This document shows positions 31,161 through 45,409 of a stretch of DNA of 64,000 nucleotides, piece after piece. The stretch is from the human T2T-CHM13v2.0 reference genome, Homo sapiens. A program made the translations under genes and the position numbers. Under the pieces are notes generated by a model that had not been told where the DNA came from, did no database searches, and saw only the letters and a list, made by a program, of their open reading frames with translations. Location of the stretch: assembly GCF_009914755.1 (NCBI RefSeq), contig NC_060930.1; one strand, given 5' to 3'. Position 1 is the first letter of the stretch; each line of letters opens with the position of its first letter.

Positions 31161-34100
31161 GAGTTTGAGATTTTATATTCAAGTCTTTGATCCATTTTCA
31201 GTTAATTTCAGTTAATCCATTCAGAATAGGTGAAAGTAGGCGTCTAGTTTCAGTCTTCTGTGTATGGCTAGCCAGTTGTCCCAGCACTATTTACTGAATA
31301 GAGTGTCATTTTCCCAATTGCTTTTGTCAGCCTTGTTGCAGATGGTTGCAGTTGTACAACTCTATTTCTGAGTTTTTAATTCTGTTCCATTGCTCTGTGT
31401 TTGTTTTTGTATCAGTACCAAGATGTTTTGATTACTGTGGCTTTATAGTGTAGTTTGAAGTGGGATAGTGTGAGGCCTCTGCCTTTTTTTTGTTGTTTTT
31501 GCTTAGATTGTTTTGGCTATTCAGGCTTTTTTGGTTCCAGATGAAATTGGGAATAATTTTTTTCTAATTCTGTGATAAATGCCATTGGTGGTTTGATAGG
31601 AATAGCATTGAATCTGTAAATTACTTTGGGCAGTGCTCCCATTTTAACAACAATGATTCTTCCAATCCATGAGCGTGGAATGTTTTTCCATTTATTTGTG
31701 TCATCTCTAGTTTCTTTCAGCAGTGTTTTATGGCTCTCCTTGCAGAGATTTTTGACCTCCTTGGTTAGCTGTATTCCTAGATATTTAATTTTCTTTGTGG
31801 CTATTTTGAGTTGAATTATGTTCTTGATTTCACTTTCAGCCTGGATGTTGTTGGTATGTGTAGAAATGCTAATGATTTTTGTACATTAATTTTGTATCTT
31901 AAAACTTTACTAAAATAATTTATCAGTTCTAGGAGCCTTTTGGCATAGTATTTACGATTTTCTAGGTATAGAGTTATATCATCTGCAGAAAGAAATAGTT
32001 TGACTTCTTTTTCTATTTAGATGCCTTTTATTTCTTTGTCTTGCCTGACTGCTCTGGCTGGGACTTCCAATACTACCTTGAATAGAAGTGGTGGGAGTGG
32101 GCATCTTTGTCTTTTTCCAGTTCTCTAGGGGAATGGGTTAAGCTTTTGCCCATTTGGTATGATGTTGGTTGTGAATTTGTCATAGTTGACTCTCACTATT
32201 TTAAGGTAGGCTCCTTCAATGCCTAGTCTGCAGAGCGTTTTTATTATAAAGGGATGTTGGGTTTTATTGAAAGACTATTCTGCATATATTAGATGATTAT
32301 ATGGTTTTTGCTTTTGATTCTGTTTATGAAGTTGATTGGATTTATTGTTTTTTTGTATGTTGAACAAGCCTTGAATCCCAAGAATAAAGCCTGCTTAATT
32401 GTGATAATATATCACACTAGTATTAACTTGCTGATGTGTTGCTGGGTTCAGTTTCCTAATATACTGTTGAGGATTTTTGCATCTATGTTTATCAGGGATA
32501 TTGGCCTGAAGTTTTGTTTTTTTGTTGTGTCTATGTCAAATTTTGGTATCAAGGTGATGCTGGCTTCATAGAATGAGTTAGGGAGGAGCCCGTGCTCCTC
32601 AACTTTTTTGGAATAATTTCAATAGGATTGGCATCAGTTCTTCTTTGTATGTCAGGTAGAATTCCACTGTGAATGTTTCTGGTCCAGGACATTTTTTAGT
32701 TGGTTGGTTATTACTAATTCTATTTCAGAAGTTGATATTTGTCTATTCAGGGTTTCAATCTCTTCTTGATTCAATCTTGGAAGATTGTATGCTTCCAGGA
32801 ATTTATCCATTTCCTCTAGATTTTCTAATTTATGTGCATAGAGTTGTACATAGTATCCTCTGAGGGTCTTTTGTATTTCTGTGGGATCAGTGGTAACATT
32901 GCCTTTGTTGTTTCTGATTTTGCTTCTTGGAGTCTTCTGTTTCTTCTTCTTTATTAATTTAGCTAGCAGTCCATCAATTTTATTTGTTTTTATTCTGGTT
33001 TAATTAATCTTTTGTATAAATTTTGCATCTCAATTTCATAAAGTTATTTAATTGTAGTTTTTTTTTTAACATTTTCTTCTGCTACTTTTGGGGGTTGGTT
33101 TGCTCTTTCACTTCTAGTTCTTTTAAGTACAAATTTAGATTGCTAATTTATGGTCTTTCTGACTTCTTGATGAAGGAATTTAGTGCTATAAACTTTCCTC
33201 TTAACACTGCTTTGGACTGCATGCAGAGCTTTTTGTAAATTGTTTCCTTATTTTCATTAATTTCAAAGAATTTTTTGATTTCTATCTTAATTTCAATTTT
33301 CACCCAGGAATTATTCAGTATTGAGTTGTTTGATTTTTATGTGTTTGTATAGTTTTGAAAGATCTTCTTGGTATTGATTTCTATTTGTATTGCGTTGTGG
33401 TCAAAGAGTGTGCTTGGTATGATTTCAATTTATTGAGGCTTGCTTTATGACTTAGCATGTGGTCTATTTTAGAATATGTTCTGTGTGCAGATGAGAAGAG
33501 TTTATACTCTGTGGTTGTTGGGTGGAGTTTTCTGTATATGTCTATTAGATCCAAATGTTAAGTTTAAGTTCAGAGTATTTTTTTATTCTCTGCCTTGATG
33601 ATCTGTCTATCACTGTCAGTGGGGTGTTGAACTCACCCATTATTATTGTGTGGTTGTCTAAGTCTTCTGTAGTTCAAGAATAATTTGTTTTATGAATGTT
33701 AGTCCTCCAATATTGGCTGTGTATATATCTAAGATAGTTAAGGCTTCTCGTTGGATTATACCCGTTATCATTATGTAATGCCCTTCATTTGTCCTTGTTT
33801 GTTTTCATTGATTTAAAGTTTGTTTTATCTGAGATAAGAATAGTGACTCCTGCTCTTTTTGGTTTTCCATTTGTATGGTATATCTTACTCCACCCTTTTA
33901 CTTTGAGCTTGTTGGTGTTACATGTAAGGTGGATCTCTTGAAGACAACATATGGTTGGGTCTTTTCTTTTTATCCAGACTGCCACCTTCTTTCTTTTAAT
34001 TGGGGGCATTTAGCACACTTACATTTAAGGTTAGCATTGATATGTGTGATTTTGATCCTGTCATTGTGTTGTTACCTGGTTGTGTATGCAGGCTTGATTG

Positions 34101-36279
34101 TGTAGTTGCTTTATAGTGCCTGTAACCTATGTGCTTTAGTGTGTTTTTTTGGTAGCAGGTGTCATTCTTTGAACCCATGTTTAGCATTACCTTAAGGACC
34201 TCTTGTAAAGCTGGTCTAGTTAAAATGTATTCCCACAGCATTTGCTCGTCTGAGAAGGATTTCATTTCTCCTTCACTTAAAAAGCTCAGTTTGGCAGGAT
34301 ATGAAATTCTTGGTTGGAATTTCTTTTTAAGAATGCTAAAAGTAGGCCCCCAATCTCTTCTGACTTGTAAGGCTTCTACCGAGCCATCTGTTGCCAGTCT
34401 GATGGGGTTCCCTGTGAAACTTACCTGCCTCTTCTTTCCAGCTGCCTTTAAGGTTTTTTTTCTTTCGCACTGACCTTGATGAATCTGAAGATTATATGCC
34501 TTGGGGATGGTTGTTTTATATAGTATCTTGCTGGGGTTCTCTGTTTTTCTTGGATTTGCATGTCAACCTCTCTAGGGAGATTTTCAGGGACTATATTCTC
34601 AAATTGCTTATTTTCTATTCCAATTCCAAGTTGCTTATTGTCTTTCTTTTTCTCTCAGGAATGCCAGTGAGTTGTAGATTTGGCCTCTTTACATAATCCC
34701 ATATTTTTGGAGCTTTTGTTCATTTTTCTTAATTCCTTTTTCTTTATTTTTGTCTGACTGAATTGATTTGAAGGAGCAGTCTTCCAGCTCTGGGATTCTT
34801 TCCTCAGCTTGGTCTGTTCTGCTGTTAATACTTCCAATTGTATTATAAAATTGTTGCAGTGATTTTTTTCAGCTCAAGAAGTTCATTTTGGGTCTTTCTT
34901 AAAATGGCTTTTTTGTCTTTCAGGTCTTCAGTCATTTTACTGAATTGCTTTGCTTCCTTGGATTAAGCTTCAGGTTTCTCCTGGATCTCAATAGTCTTCC
35001 TTGCCACCCAGGTTAGGAACTCCAAGTCTGTCACTTCAGACAATTCAGACTTGTTAAGCACCATTGCTGGGGAGCTATTGGGTTTCTTTGGAGGTAAGGG
35101 GACACTCTGGTTTTCTGAATTGCCAGTTTTTGTGCTAATTCTTTCCCATCTGTTATTCTTTTAACTCTGGAGTAAATTGAGTATAGTCAATTGACTTTCT
35201 TTCTGGAAGTTTTCAGAGGGCTAAGACTCTATAGTTGGTCTTTGTTTATTGTTGAATTCTTGTCCTTGGCTTTGCAGTGGGGAGAATTAGTAAAATGTTT
35301 CAAATTTCAGTTTGGGCTGCAATCCAGTACATGGGACTTGAGAGCAATGGGTCTTGGATAGGCTCTTACACAGCTACATGGCTTCTTTGTGTGACTTTGC
35401 ATTTGCAGGTGTGTTCTGTGGTGTGAGGAGGATAGTGCTGAATCCCTCACTGGGTCTGTACTCCTGGACCTTAGAGGAGCCACCTCCAGTCATTGACACT
35501 GAGCATGTGGCTTTGGTAGTTGTTGTTAGGTCTTTTGGGCTGTGGGGCTTCCCTGAGGAGAGATCTAGCAGGGAGATAGACCACACCCTTACCAGACCAA
35601 CCCTGTGGAGGGAGGCAAACCTAGGTCCCACACCAGCCTGAGAACCTGTGTGACTCACCTCTCTCAGTTTCTTGAGAATGCTGGCTCATCTCTCATTCAG
35701 ATGCTGAGCACAGATCATGGCTCAGCACTCCTAAGCCACAAACTGTGGCCCTGGTATGTCAGAACCTGGTCATGGCTCCCTCCTCTGGACCCTCTTCTAG
35801 GTACACTGGAGGATCCAAAGGTCTCCCAGGCTGCTGGAACACACTCAGGAGTAAGAAAGCTTCCAGACTGGGCAGCAGAGGCTGCACTGTGTACACCCTC
35901 CTATGGGGTGGCCAAATTGGGCCTCTAGGATGGGCTGGCATGCCGGGGGCTTTTAGGTAGATGTTCCCTTGTCCTGTGGAGAAGCAGATCCTGTTTTCTC
36001 CCTGGCAGTTAGCTGGAGCCAAAGCCTCTCAGAAGGAGACAGGTAGCCCTGCAGGGTGGGCACTTATGGCCAGGTTCCACTGAAGCTGACCTGCACTCAG
36101 ATGTCCCTGGTTCCATGCTTTTGCTGCATCTCCATTTCTGTCTAATCTCTGCGGAGATCCCCCTGCCAGTTCTCTTGTCCTAGGGGATGTGGGATCTCCT
36201 GCAGCTAGGATCCCAGAGGTCTGTGGCAAGAGTGAGCAGTCCTCCAGTCCCTTCATTCACACTTTCCCAGGCACCATCT

Positions 36280-36425
36280 GGGTTTCTTTTTTGGAGACAA
36301 AAAAATCCTTGTAGGAATGGTTGCACAGGTCTGTGAATATACTAAAAATTATTGAATTGTATACTTTAAGTGGGTGAATTGTGTGGTGTATGAATCATAT
36401 GCCAATAAGACTGATATTAGAAAAA
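36280..36425 (+). mobile_element. L1MB 3' terminus (right part)
   Basis: atggttgcacaggtctgtgaatatactaaaaattattgaattgtatactttaagtgggtgaattgtgtggtgtatgaat. Confidence 0.82.
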
Positions 36426-36481
36426 GTCACACTGTTATCAGTCTTATAAATAGCATTAATTCTAGAAGTCCATGTATAATG

Positions 36482-37070
36482 TGTCAATAAATAAAGACCA
36501 CCCAGATGAGAAAGCAAAGGCAGTCTATTCAGGGCTTTCTATAGCAATGGAGTTAGCCACCATTACTTGGTTTTGGCAGAAATTGAAAAGGGAGGCAGAG
36601 ATGTGGGAAAGTGTTATAGTGGAAAAAAGGGAAGGCTTCATGTATGCTGATTGGAAGGTGTTGGTGTAAGGAAGCTGTAGGTAGGCTAACTAGAAGTAGG
36701 GCATCATATGTGATTGACAAGCAGTGTATACTGTATCTGGCTTTCTTTGGCTTGTACTAAGTTGGAAGCAGGGACAAAAATTAGGGAACCTGCAGTTATT
36801 AATCAACTGACCATTTGGGATCCATTTTTTTTTTCAGGAACAAGCAAACAATCCAAAACCAAATAATAACCATTTAGTCTTCTTAGATTGTTTGCTAGAG
36901 ATAGTGGTTTGACTTTCTACAAGTCTAAATGTCAGATAGCAGCCTGGCTTCCTGGTCTGGTTACTGTAGATAAGGAATTTGTTCCCTAAATTTCTTGTTG
37001 CAGATTGTGAGTCAAAGCTGTATTTTTATATGTGGTCTGGTTATTGTTCATTTGTATATTTAACTTCTCA
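36482..37070 (-). mobile_element. ERV1-type solo LTR (MER90-like; subfamily uncertain)
   Basis: atgagaaagcaaaggcagtctattcagggctttctatagcaatggagttagccacc...atagtggaaaaaagggaaggcttc...ctgattgg...; ends ttctca. Confidence 0.55.
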
Positions 37071-37074
37071 GTAA

Positions 37075-37790
37075 AAATGCTTTTAAAATTATAGAGGAAA
37101 AAAGCCATTAAAAATATGTACCCAAGAATTAATAAAATATGATGGCCAAATAAAACGTTACCTATATGGAGGGATCCATAAACTTTACTTAGGAAGTGAA
37201 TTGAAGTTATATTTCAATAAATAAGCAAGAAAGAAGAAGAAACGACATTCAAAAAAAAGGTGATAGAATTCAGACAAGCAGGAACCTGAAGTTCTAGGAA
37301 GAGCATAGGGTGTCTCTTCCTAGAGAGCAGCCTAGAGACTAAGGATGCTAGTAAGGAATTCTATGTGGGGAAGGAAGGAAGGGAGTTTCTAAAAGAGTTG
37401 ATATAAAGGGATGTTTCCAAAGAAAATAGGGATATGTAAGGGTGTGGGGAAAGAAAGACAGTTACTTTAAAAAGGCATTAGATCCTACAGGAAAAACACA
37501 AATATATTTAGTGTTTGCAGTTTTATTATTTTGAATAATTGTTCACAGCAGAGCCTATAATTTTAAAGCTGCAATAATACCAACACTATTGTTTTTCAAT
37601 AAAGTTAAAATAACGTAGTTACAGAACAGATTGTATATATTATCATCCTTGGTAAAGTAAAAGTACAGGTGACAGAAGTGGGGAGGTAGAAAGTTGGGAA
37701 AAAGTGCAGGGACAGGCAGAAGTGCAGATCTCATTGTCATAAGACAGGAAGCCCTAGGGATACTATCCATAGTTAGGAAATGAAAAATAA
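37075..37790 (+). mobile_element. HAL1/L1ME-like relic, right part
   Basis: aatgcttttaaaattatagaggaaaa... A-rich ORF1-like continuation and 3' region; approximate. Confidence 0.45.
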
Positions 37791-38109
37791 GCAGATCAGT
37801 TAATTTTTTTTTATTTTCTAAAATCTTTTAAAATCTGAGATTCTCTAATTTTTTAAAAGAATATACTTTGAGTAGCCATCTACATATTTCTCCCCTTTTC
37901 TGACTAATCAAGTTTTGAGATCATAGCTTACTTTCACTGTTGCCTGTTTATCTTCCATTCCCTCTTCATCACAATCCTTTTCTCAATCATTGACTTTTAA
38001 TAGCCAAATCTGATGAATTCCTTTAGATTTTTCTGACATATTTGAGTCATTTGCTAATGAGAACTCATTTTTTAAAAACAGAGAGACTTTAGCTTTCCTG
38101 TTATTACTC

Positions 38110-41100
38110 TCCAAGGAGGATGATATTACTCCCAATATTGCAGGAGTTGTAAACATTTTGTGTGATATTTTTCCTAGTATCAAGAGGCAAGAGAGGATAA
38201 TATTACTCCCAATATCACAGGGGGTGTACATCCACCCTGTGATACTGTTTTTAATGCCCAGGGGAAAAGACAATGACATTACTCCCAATATCGCATGAGG
38301 TGAACTCACCCTGTATGATACTGTTCCTAATATTCAGAGTGGGAAAGGATGATATTAAGTCCAATATCTGAGAAGTGTACAAACCCCTGTGATATTGTTT
38401 CTTATATCCAGGGGGAGACAGGATAATATTACTCTGAATATCACAGGGGGTGTACACCCCCCATGTGATATTGTTTGTAATATCCAAGGGAGGAGAAGAT
38501 GATATTACTCTCAATATCTCAGGGAGTGTACACCCACCCTTTAATATTGCACATAATATCCAGTGGGGGAGAGGATATTACTTTCAATGTCCCTGAGAGT
38601 GTACATACCCCTTGTGATATTGTTCCTAATATCCAGGAAGGGAGAGGATGATATTACTCCAAATATCGCAGGGAGCGCACAACTTTCCAGAGATATGGTT
38701 CCTAATATCCAGAATGGGAGAGGATAATATTACTCCCAATATTGCAGGGGGTGTACACTCCCTCCTGTGATACTGTTTCTAATATCCAGGAAAAGAAAGA
38801 ATGCTAATAATGCCCAATATTGCAAGTGTACACTCATTTCCTGTGATATTGTTCTTAATATACGGGGCGGGGGGAGAGGATGATATTACTCCTAATATCG
38901 CAGATGGTTTACACCCCTTCTGTGACAATCTTCCTAATATCCAGTGAGGGGGAAAATAATATTACTTCCAATATTGCCGGGTGTATACGCCCCCCCACCG
39001 TGATGTTTTTCCCAATATCCAGGAGGGGAGAGGACGATATTAATCCCAATATCACAGGGGATGTACACCCCCCTGTAATATCGTTCCTGATATTCAAGAG
39101 GGAGAAGGATGTTATTACCCCCAATATCGCAGGGGGTGCACACCCTCTGTGATATTGTTCTTAATGTATAGGTTTGGAGGAAAGATATTAGTCCCAATAT
39201 CTCAGGAGGTTTACACCCTTTTGTTGATACTGTTTTTAATATACAGAGGGTAGAAGATGATATTACTCCCAGTATCGCAGGAGGTGTACACTCCCCCGTG
39301 ATGTTGTTTCTAACATCCAAGTAGGGGGAAAATGGTATTACTCCCAATATCGCAGAAGGTGTACACCTTCCCTGTGATATTGTTCCTAATATTCAGGGGG
39401 TAAGAGGATGATGTTACTTTCAATATTGCAGGAGGTGTACACCTTATCTGTGATGTAGTTTCTAATATCCAGGAAGGGAGTGGATTATATTACCACATTA
39501 TAGCAGGGGATGTACACGCCCTTGTGATATTGTTCCTAATATCCAGAGGGGGAGAGGATGATATCACTCCTAATAACGCAGGGTGTGTACACCCCCGTTA
39601 CATTGTTCCTAATATCCAGAAGGGGAGAGGATGACATTACTCCCAATATCTCAGGGTGGGTACACACCCCCTGTAATATTGTTCCTAATATCAAGGGGGA
39701 GAGAGGATAATATTACTCCCAATATCACAGGGGGTGTACACCTCCCCTGTGATATTGTTCTTAATATCCAGGGGGAAAGAGCATGATATTCCTCCTATTA
39801 TAGCAGGGCTTGTACACCACCCATGTGATATTGTACCTAATATACAGGAGGGGAGATGATTATATTACTTTCAATATCGCAGAAAGGGTACATCCCCTTT
39901 GTGATATTGTTCCTAATATCCGGGGGAAATAAGATGATATTACTCGTAATATTGCAGGGGGTGTACACCTTTTTGTAATGTTGTTCCTAATATCCAGGAA
40001 GGAAGAGGATGATATTACTCTCAACATAGAAGGGGGTGTACACTCGCCCTTTGATATTGTTCCTAATATCAAGGGGGGTGGGAATCATATTACTATCCAT
40101 ATCACAGAGGGTATAAAACCCCCCCATATGATATTGTTTCCAATATCCAGGGTGGAGAGGAAGATATTACTCTCGATATTGCAGGGTGTGTACACCCGCC
40201 CTTTGATATTGTTCCTAATATCAAGGGAGGGAGAGGATCTTATTATGTCCAATATTGCAGAACGAGTACACCCTCCATGAGATATAGTTCCTAATATCCA
40301 GGGGTGGAGAGGATGATACTACTCCTAATATCGCAATGGGTGTACACGCTCCCTGTGATATTGTTTGTAATATCCAGGAAGGGAGAAGATGATATTACTT
40401 CCAAGATCGCAGAGAGTGTAAACCTCCCTTGTGATATTCTTCTTAATATCCAGGGAAAAATACGATGATATTATTGTTACTATTCCAGGGGGTGTACACC
40501 ACCCCCTGTGATATTGTTCCTAATATCCAGAGGGAGAGAGGATGATGTTACTCCTAATATCTCAGGGAGTGTACACCTTTTCTGTGATATGGTTCCTAAC
40601 ATCCAGGAGGGGAGAGGAGGATATTACTCTCAATTTGGCAGGGGGTGCACATCTCCTGTAATATTGTTCTTAGTATTCAGTTTGGGAGAAAATGATATTA
40701 GTTTCAATATCGCTGTGGGTGTACACTTCCCCAGTGATACTGTTTTTAATATGTGGCGGTGGGGAGGATGATATTACTCCCAATATCGCAGGAGGTGTAC
40801 ACCACTCCTGTGATGTTGTTCCTAATATCCAGGCTGGGAGAAAATAATCTTACTCCCAATATTGCAGGGGGTGTACACACCCCTGTGATATTGTTCATAA
40901 TATTCAGAGGGAAAGAGGTTGATATTACCTTCAATGTCGCAGGGGTTGTACACCTTTCCTGTAACATAGTTCCTAATATCCAAGGGGAAAGAGCATGATA
41001 TTACTCCTATTATAGCGGGGGTGTACACCCCCCCATGATATTGGTCCTAACATTTAGTGGAGGGTGAGGATATTACTCCCAATATTTCAGGTGGTGTACA

Positions 41101-44100
41101 CCCTTCCTGTGATATTGTTCCTAACATCCAGAGGAAAAGAGGATGATATTACTCCCCATATTGCAGAGGTTGTACACACTTCCTCTGATACTGTTCCTAA
41201 TTTTCAGGGAGGGAGAGGATGATATTACATTCAGTATCGCAGGTGTACACCCCCGCTGTAATATTGTTCATAATATTTAGAGAAAAGGATGATATTACTC
41301 CCAATATCGCAGGAAGTGTACATCCACTCTGTTATATTTTTCCTAATATCCATGAGGAAAGAACATATTATCCTCCATTATCCAGAAGGTGTACACCCAC
41401 TCTGTGATGTTTTCATAATATCCAGGGGAAGAGAAAATGATATTGCTCTTAATATTGCATGGGGTGTACACTCCCTCATGATATTGTTCTTAATATCCAG
41501 GGGGAAAGGATTATATTACTTCCAATATCCCAGGGGTGAACACCACCCCTGGGATATTGTTCCTAATATCTAAAAAGAAAGATGAGGATATTAGTTTCAG
41601 TATCGCAGGGGGTATAAACCTCCCCTGTGTTATTGTTCCTAATATCCACTGGGGGAGGGGATGATATTACTCCCAATATGGCTGTGGGTGCACACCCCCA
41701 CTGTGATATTGTTCCTAATATAAAGGGGGCTGAGGATAATATTGCTCCCAATATCGAAAGGGATGTACACCCCTGCTGTGATATTGTTCCTAATATCGCA
41801 ATATCCTAACTCCCAATATTGCAGCAAGTGTACACCTCCCCAATGATATGTTTCCTAATACCCAGAAAAGGAGAGAATGATATTACTCCCAATATGCAGG
41901 GGGTGTACAACCCCCCACTGATATTGCTTATAATATCCAGGGGAGGGAGGATGATATTACTCCAAATATCACAGGGGGTGTCCACCTTCACGTCATATTG
42001 TTCCTAATATCCAGTGGAATAGAGGATGATATTACTCTTAATATCGCAGCAGGTGTACAACATTCCTGTAATATTGTTCCTAATATTTTTGGGGAAGAGA
42101 GGATGACATAACTCCTAATATCGCAGGGGGTGTACACCACCCCTGTGATATTGTTCCTAATATCTTTGAAGGGAGAGGATGATATTACTCCCAATGTCGC
42201 AAGGAGTGTATACTTTTTTTGTGATATTGTTCATATTATTCAGGGTCGAGAGGATGATATTACTTGCAATATCACAGGGAGTGTACACCCTCCTATGATA
42301 CTGTTCATAATATTTAGGGAAGGAGAGGATAATATTACAGGGGGTCAACACCACCCTGTGATATTGTTTGCAATATACAGAGGAGGAGAGGATGATATTA
42401 CTCACAATATCACAGGGGGTGTACACCTTCTGTGATATAGTTTGCAATATCAAGAAGGGAAGAGAATGTTACTACTCCGAGTATCACAGTTGGTACACAC
42501 CCCTCTGTAATATTATTCATAATATCCAGCTGGGGAGAGGATATTAATCCCAATATCACAGGGGTTATACACTCCCCTGTGATATTGTTGGTAATATTAA
42601 GGGGAGGGAGGATGATATTACTCCCAATGTCATAAACACCATGTGTGTACACCTTCCTGTAATCTTGTTTGTAATATCCTGGGAAGAAACAATGACATTA
42701 TACCCAATATCGCAGAGGGTGTCCACCCCACTGTGATACTGTTTGTAATATCCAAAGGGGGAGAGGATGATAGTACTTCCAATATGGCAGGGCATGTACA
42801 CCCTCCTGTGATATTGTTCCTAAAATCTAGCCAGAGTGGGGCGGGTAGAGGATATTTTTCCCAATATCACAGGGGATTTACACCCCCTGTGATATTGTTC
42901 CTAATATCCAAGGGGTAAAAGGATATTACTCCCAATATCGCAAAGGGTGTACATACACCCTGGAATATTGTTCCTAACATACAAGGAGGAAAGGATGATA
43001 TTATTCCCAACATGGCAGGGGATGTAAAATCTCCTGTGATATTGTTCGTAATATTCAGGTGGGGAGAGGATTATATTACTCTAAATATCGTAGGGTGGGT
43101 ACACCCCCCTGTGATATTGTTTGTAATATTCAGGGGGGAGAGAGGATGATATTTCTACCAATATCATAGATGGTGTACACCCTCCTGTGATATTGTTCAT
43201 AATATCTTGAAGAGGAGAGGATAATATTACTCTCAATATCGTAGGGGTGTACAAACCTTTGTGATAGAATTCAAAATATCTAGAAGCAGAGAGGATAATA
43301 TTACTCCGAGTATTGCAGGGGGTGTACATCCCCCTGTGATATTGTTTGGAATACCCAGGGGGAAAGAAGATGCTATTACTGCCAATATCACAGGGGGTTT
43401 ACACCCCTCTGTGATAGTGGTCGTTATATCCAGGAAGAGAGAAGATGATATTACTCCCAATATCGTAAACAACTTGTGTGTACACCCCTCTATGATAAAC
43501 ACCCTCATGGAATATTTTTTCTAATATCCAGAGGGAAAGAAGATTATATTACTCCCAATATCACAGAAGGTGTACACCCCCTCCTATGATATGCTTCATG
43601 ATATTCAGGGAATTGGAGGATAATATTACTCCAAAAATCTCAGGGGGTGTACACTCCCACTGTAATATAGTTAATAATATCCAGGGAGAGACAGGATGAT
43701 ATTACTCCCAATATCGTAGGGTGTGCCCACCCCTGCTGTGATATTGTTCCTAATATTTATAGGGGAGAGGATGATATTACTCCAAATATCGCAGGCGGTG
43801 TGCACCCCCCAGTGATATTGTTCCTAATATTCAGGGGAGGGGAAAGGATATGACACCCAATAACAGGGGTTATACACCCCCCACTGTGATGTTTTTTATA
43901 ATATCCAGGGGAGTAGAGGATGTTTCTCTTAATATCGCAGAGGGTGTACACCCCTCTGTGATATTGTTTGTAATATTTAGTGGGAAGGAGGATGTTATCA
44001 CTCCCAATATCACAGGGGCTGTACAACCCCCGGTGATATTGTTTGTAATAGCCAGGGTGGGAGAAGACGATATTATTGGCAATATCACATGGGGTGTGCA

Positions 44101-45409
44101 TCCCACTGTGATACTGTTCATAATATCCAGGGAAAAAGAGGACAATATTACTCCAAATATCGAAGGGGCTGTACACCCCCTCCCAGTGATATTGTTTGTA
44201 ATGTCCAGAAAGAAAAAGGATGATATTACTCCCAATATCCCAGAGTGTACACTCCGTGTGTGGTTGTTCATAATATCCAGGGAGGAGAAAATGATATTAC
44301 TCCCAATATCGCAGGGGGTGTACCCCTACCCGTGATATTGTTCAAAATATCCAAAGAAGGACAGGATGATATTACTCCCAATATCGCAGGAAATGTACAC
44401 CACCCCTGCAATATTGTTCTTAATATCCAAAAAGGAAAGGTTGATATTAATCACAATATCACAGGGGGTGTACACTACTCCTGTGGTATTGTTCCAAATA
44501 TCCATGGAGGGAGAAAATTACATGACTCCCAATATCGTCGGGGGTGTACACCCCTCCTGTTATATTCTTCCTAATATCAAGGGAAGAAGAACAATGTCAC
44601 AGGGTGTAAAACCCTCCTGTGATATTGTTTTTAATATTTAAAGGGGAAAGAGAATAATATTACTCCCAATATTGCAGGGGGTGGACACCCCCTCTGTGAT
44701 ATTGTTCTTAATATCCAATGAAAATGAGTATGATATTACTCCCAATATCGCAAAGCGTGTACACTCCTTTTGTGATATTGTTCCTAGTATCCAGGGGGGA
44801 AGACTATGATGTTACTACCAATATCACAGGGGGTGTATACGCCCCCTGTGATATTGTTCCTAATATTCAGAAGGAAATAGCATGATATTACTCCCAATAT
44901 GGAAGGGTGTGTACACCCCCTGCGATTTTTTGTTTTTTAGACAGAGTCTCGCCCTGTCGCCCAGGCTGGAGTGCAATGGCACGGATCTCTGCTCACTGCA
45001 ACCTCCACCTCCCAGGTTTGAGCAACTCTCCTTCCTCAGCCTCCAGACTAACTGGGATTATAGGCGCCTGCTGTCATGCCCGGTTAATTTTGTTATTTTT
45101 AGTAGAGACGGGGTTTCACGATGTTGGTCAGGCTGGTTTTGAACTTTTAACCTCAAGCAATCCACCCACCTCAGCGTCCCAAAGTGCTGGGATTACAGGT
45201 GTAAACGCCCCCTACCCCCAACACCGTGATATTGTTTCTAATATTCAGGGAGAAAGAGGATGATGTTACTCCCATTATCACAGGGGGTGTACACCTCCCC
45301 TGTGATATTGTTCCAAATATTCAAGGGGGGAGAGGATGATATTATTCTTAATATCGCAGAAGGTGTACATCCCCGCTGATATTGTTTCTAATATTTGGGG
45401 GTGGGGGGA
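38110..45409 (+). repeat. SATR1-type satellite, ~75-bp monomers, forward polarity (block 1)
   Basis: Consensus GGATGATATTACTCCCAATATCGCAGGGGGTGTACACCCCCTGTGATATTGTTCCTAATATCCAGGGGGGAGA; spacing ~75 bp over the first monomers. Confidence 0.92.
44926..45203 (-). mobile_element. AluS inserted in the satellite
   Basis: T-tail from 44926, agacagagtctcgccctgtcgcccaggctggagtgc...cccaaagtgctgggattacaggtgt; extreme 5' end degenerate, TSD unclear. Confidence 0.93.

Noticed and set aside
35354-36256. Cluster of 70-107-aa ORFs in GC-richer sequence
   Set aside because: Within the 5'UTR of the old L1PA15/16; overlapping on both strands with no homology
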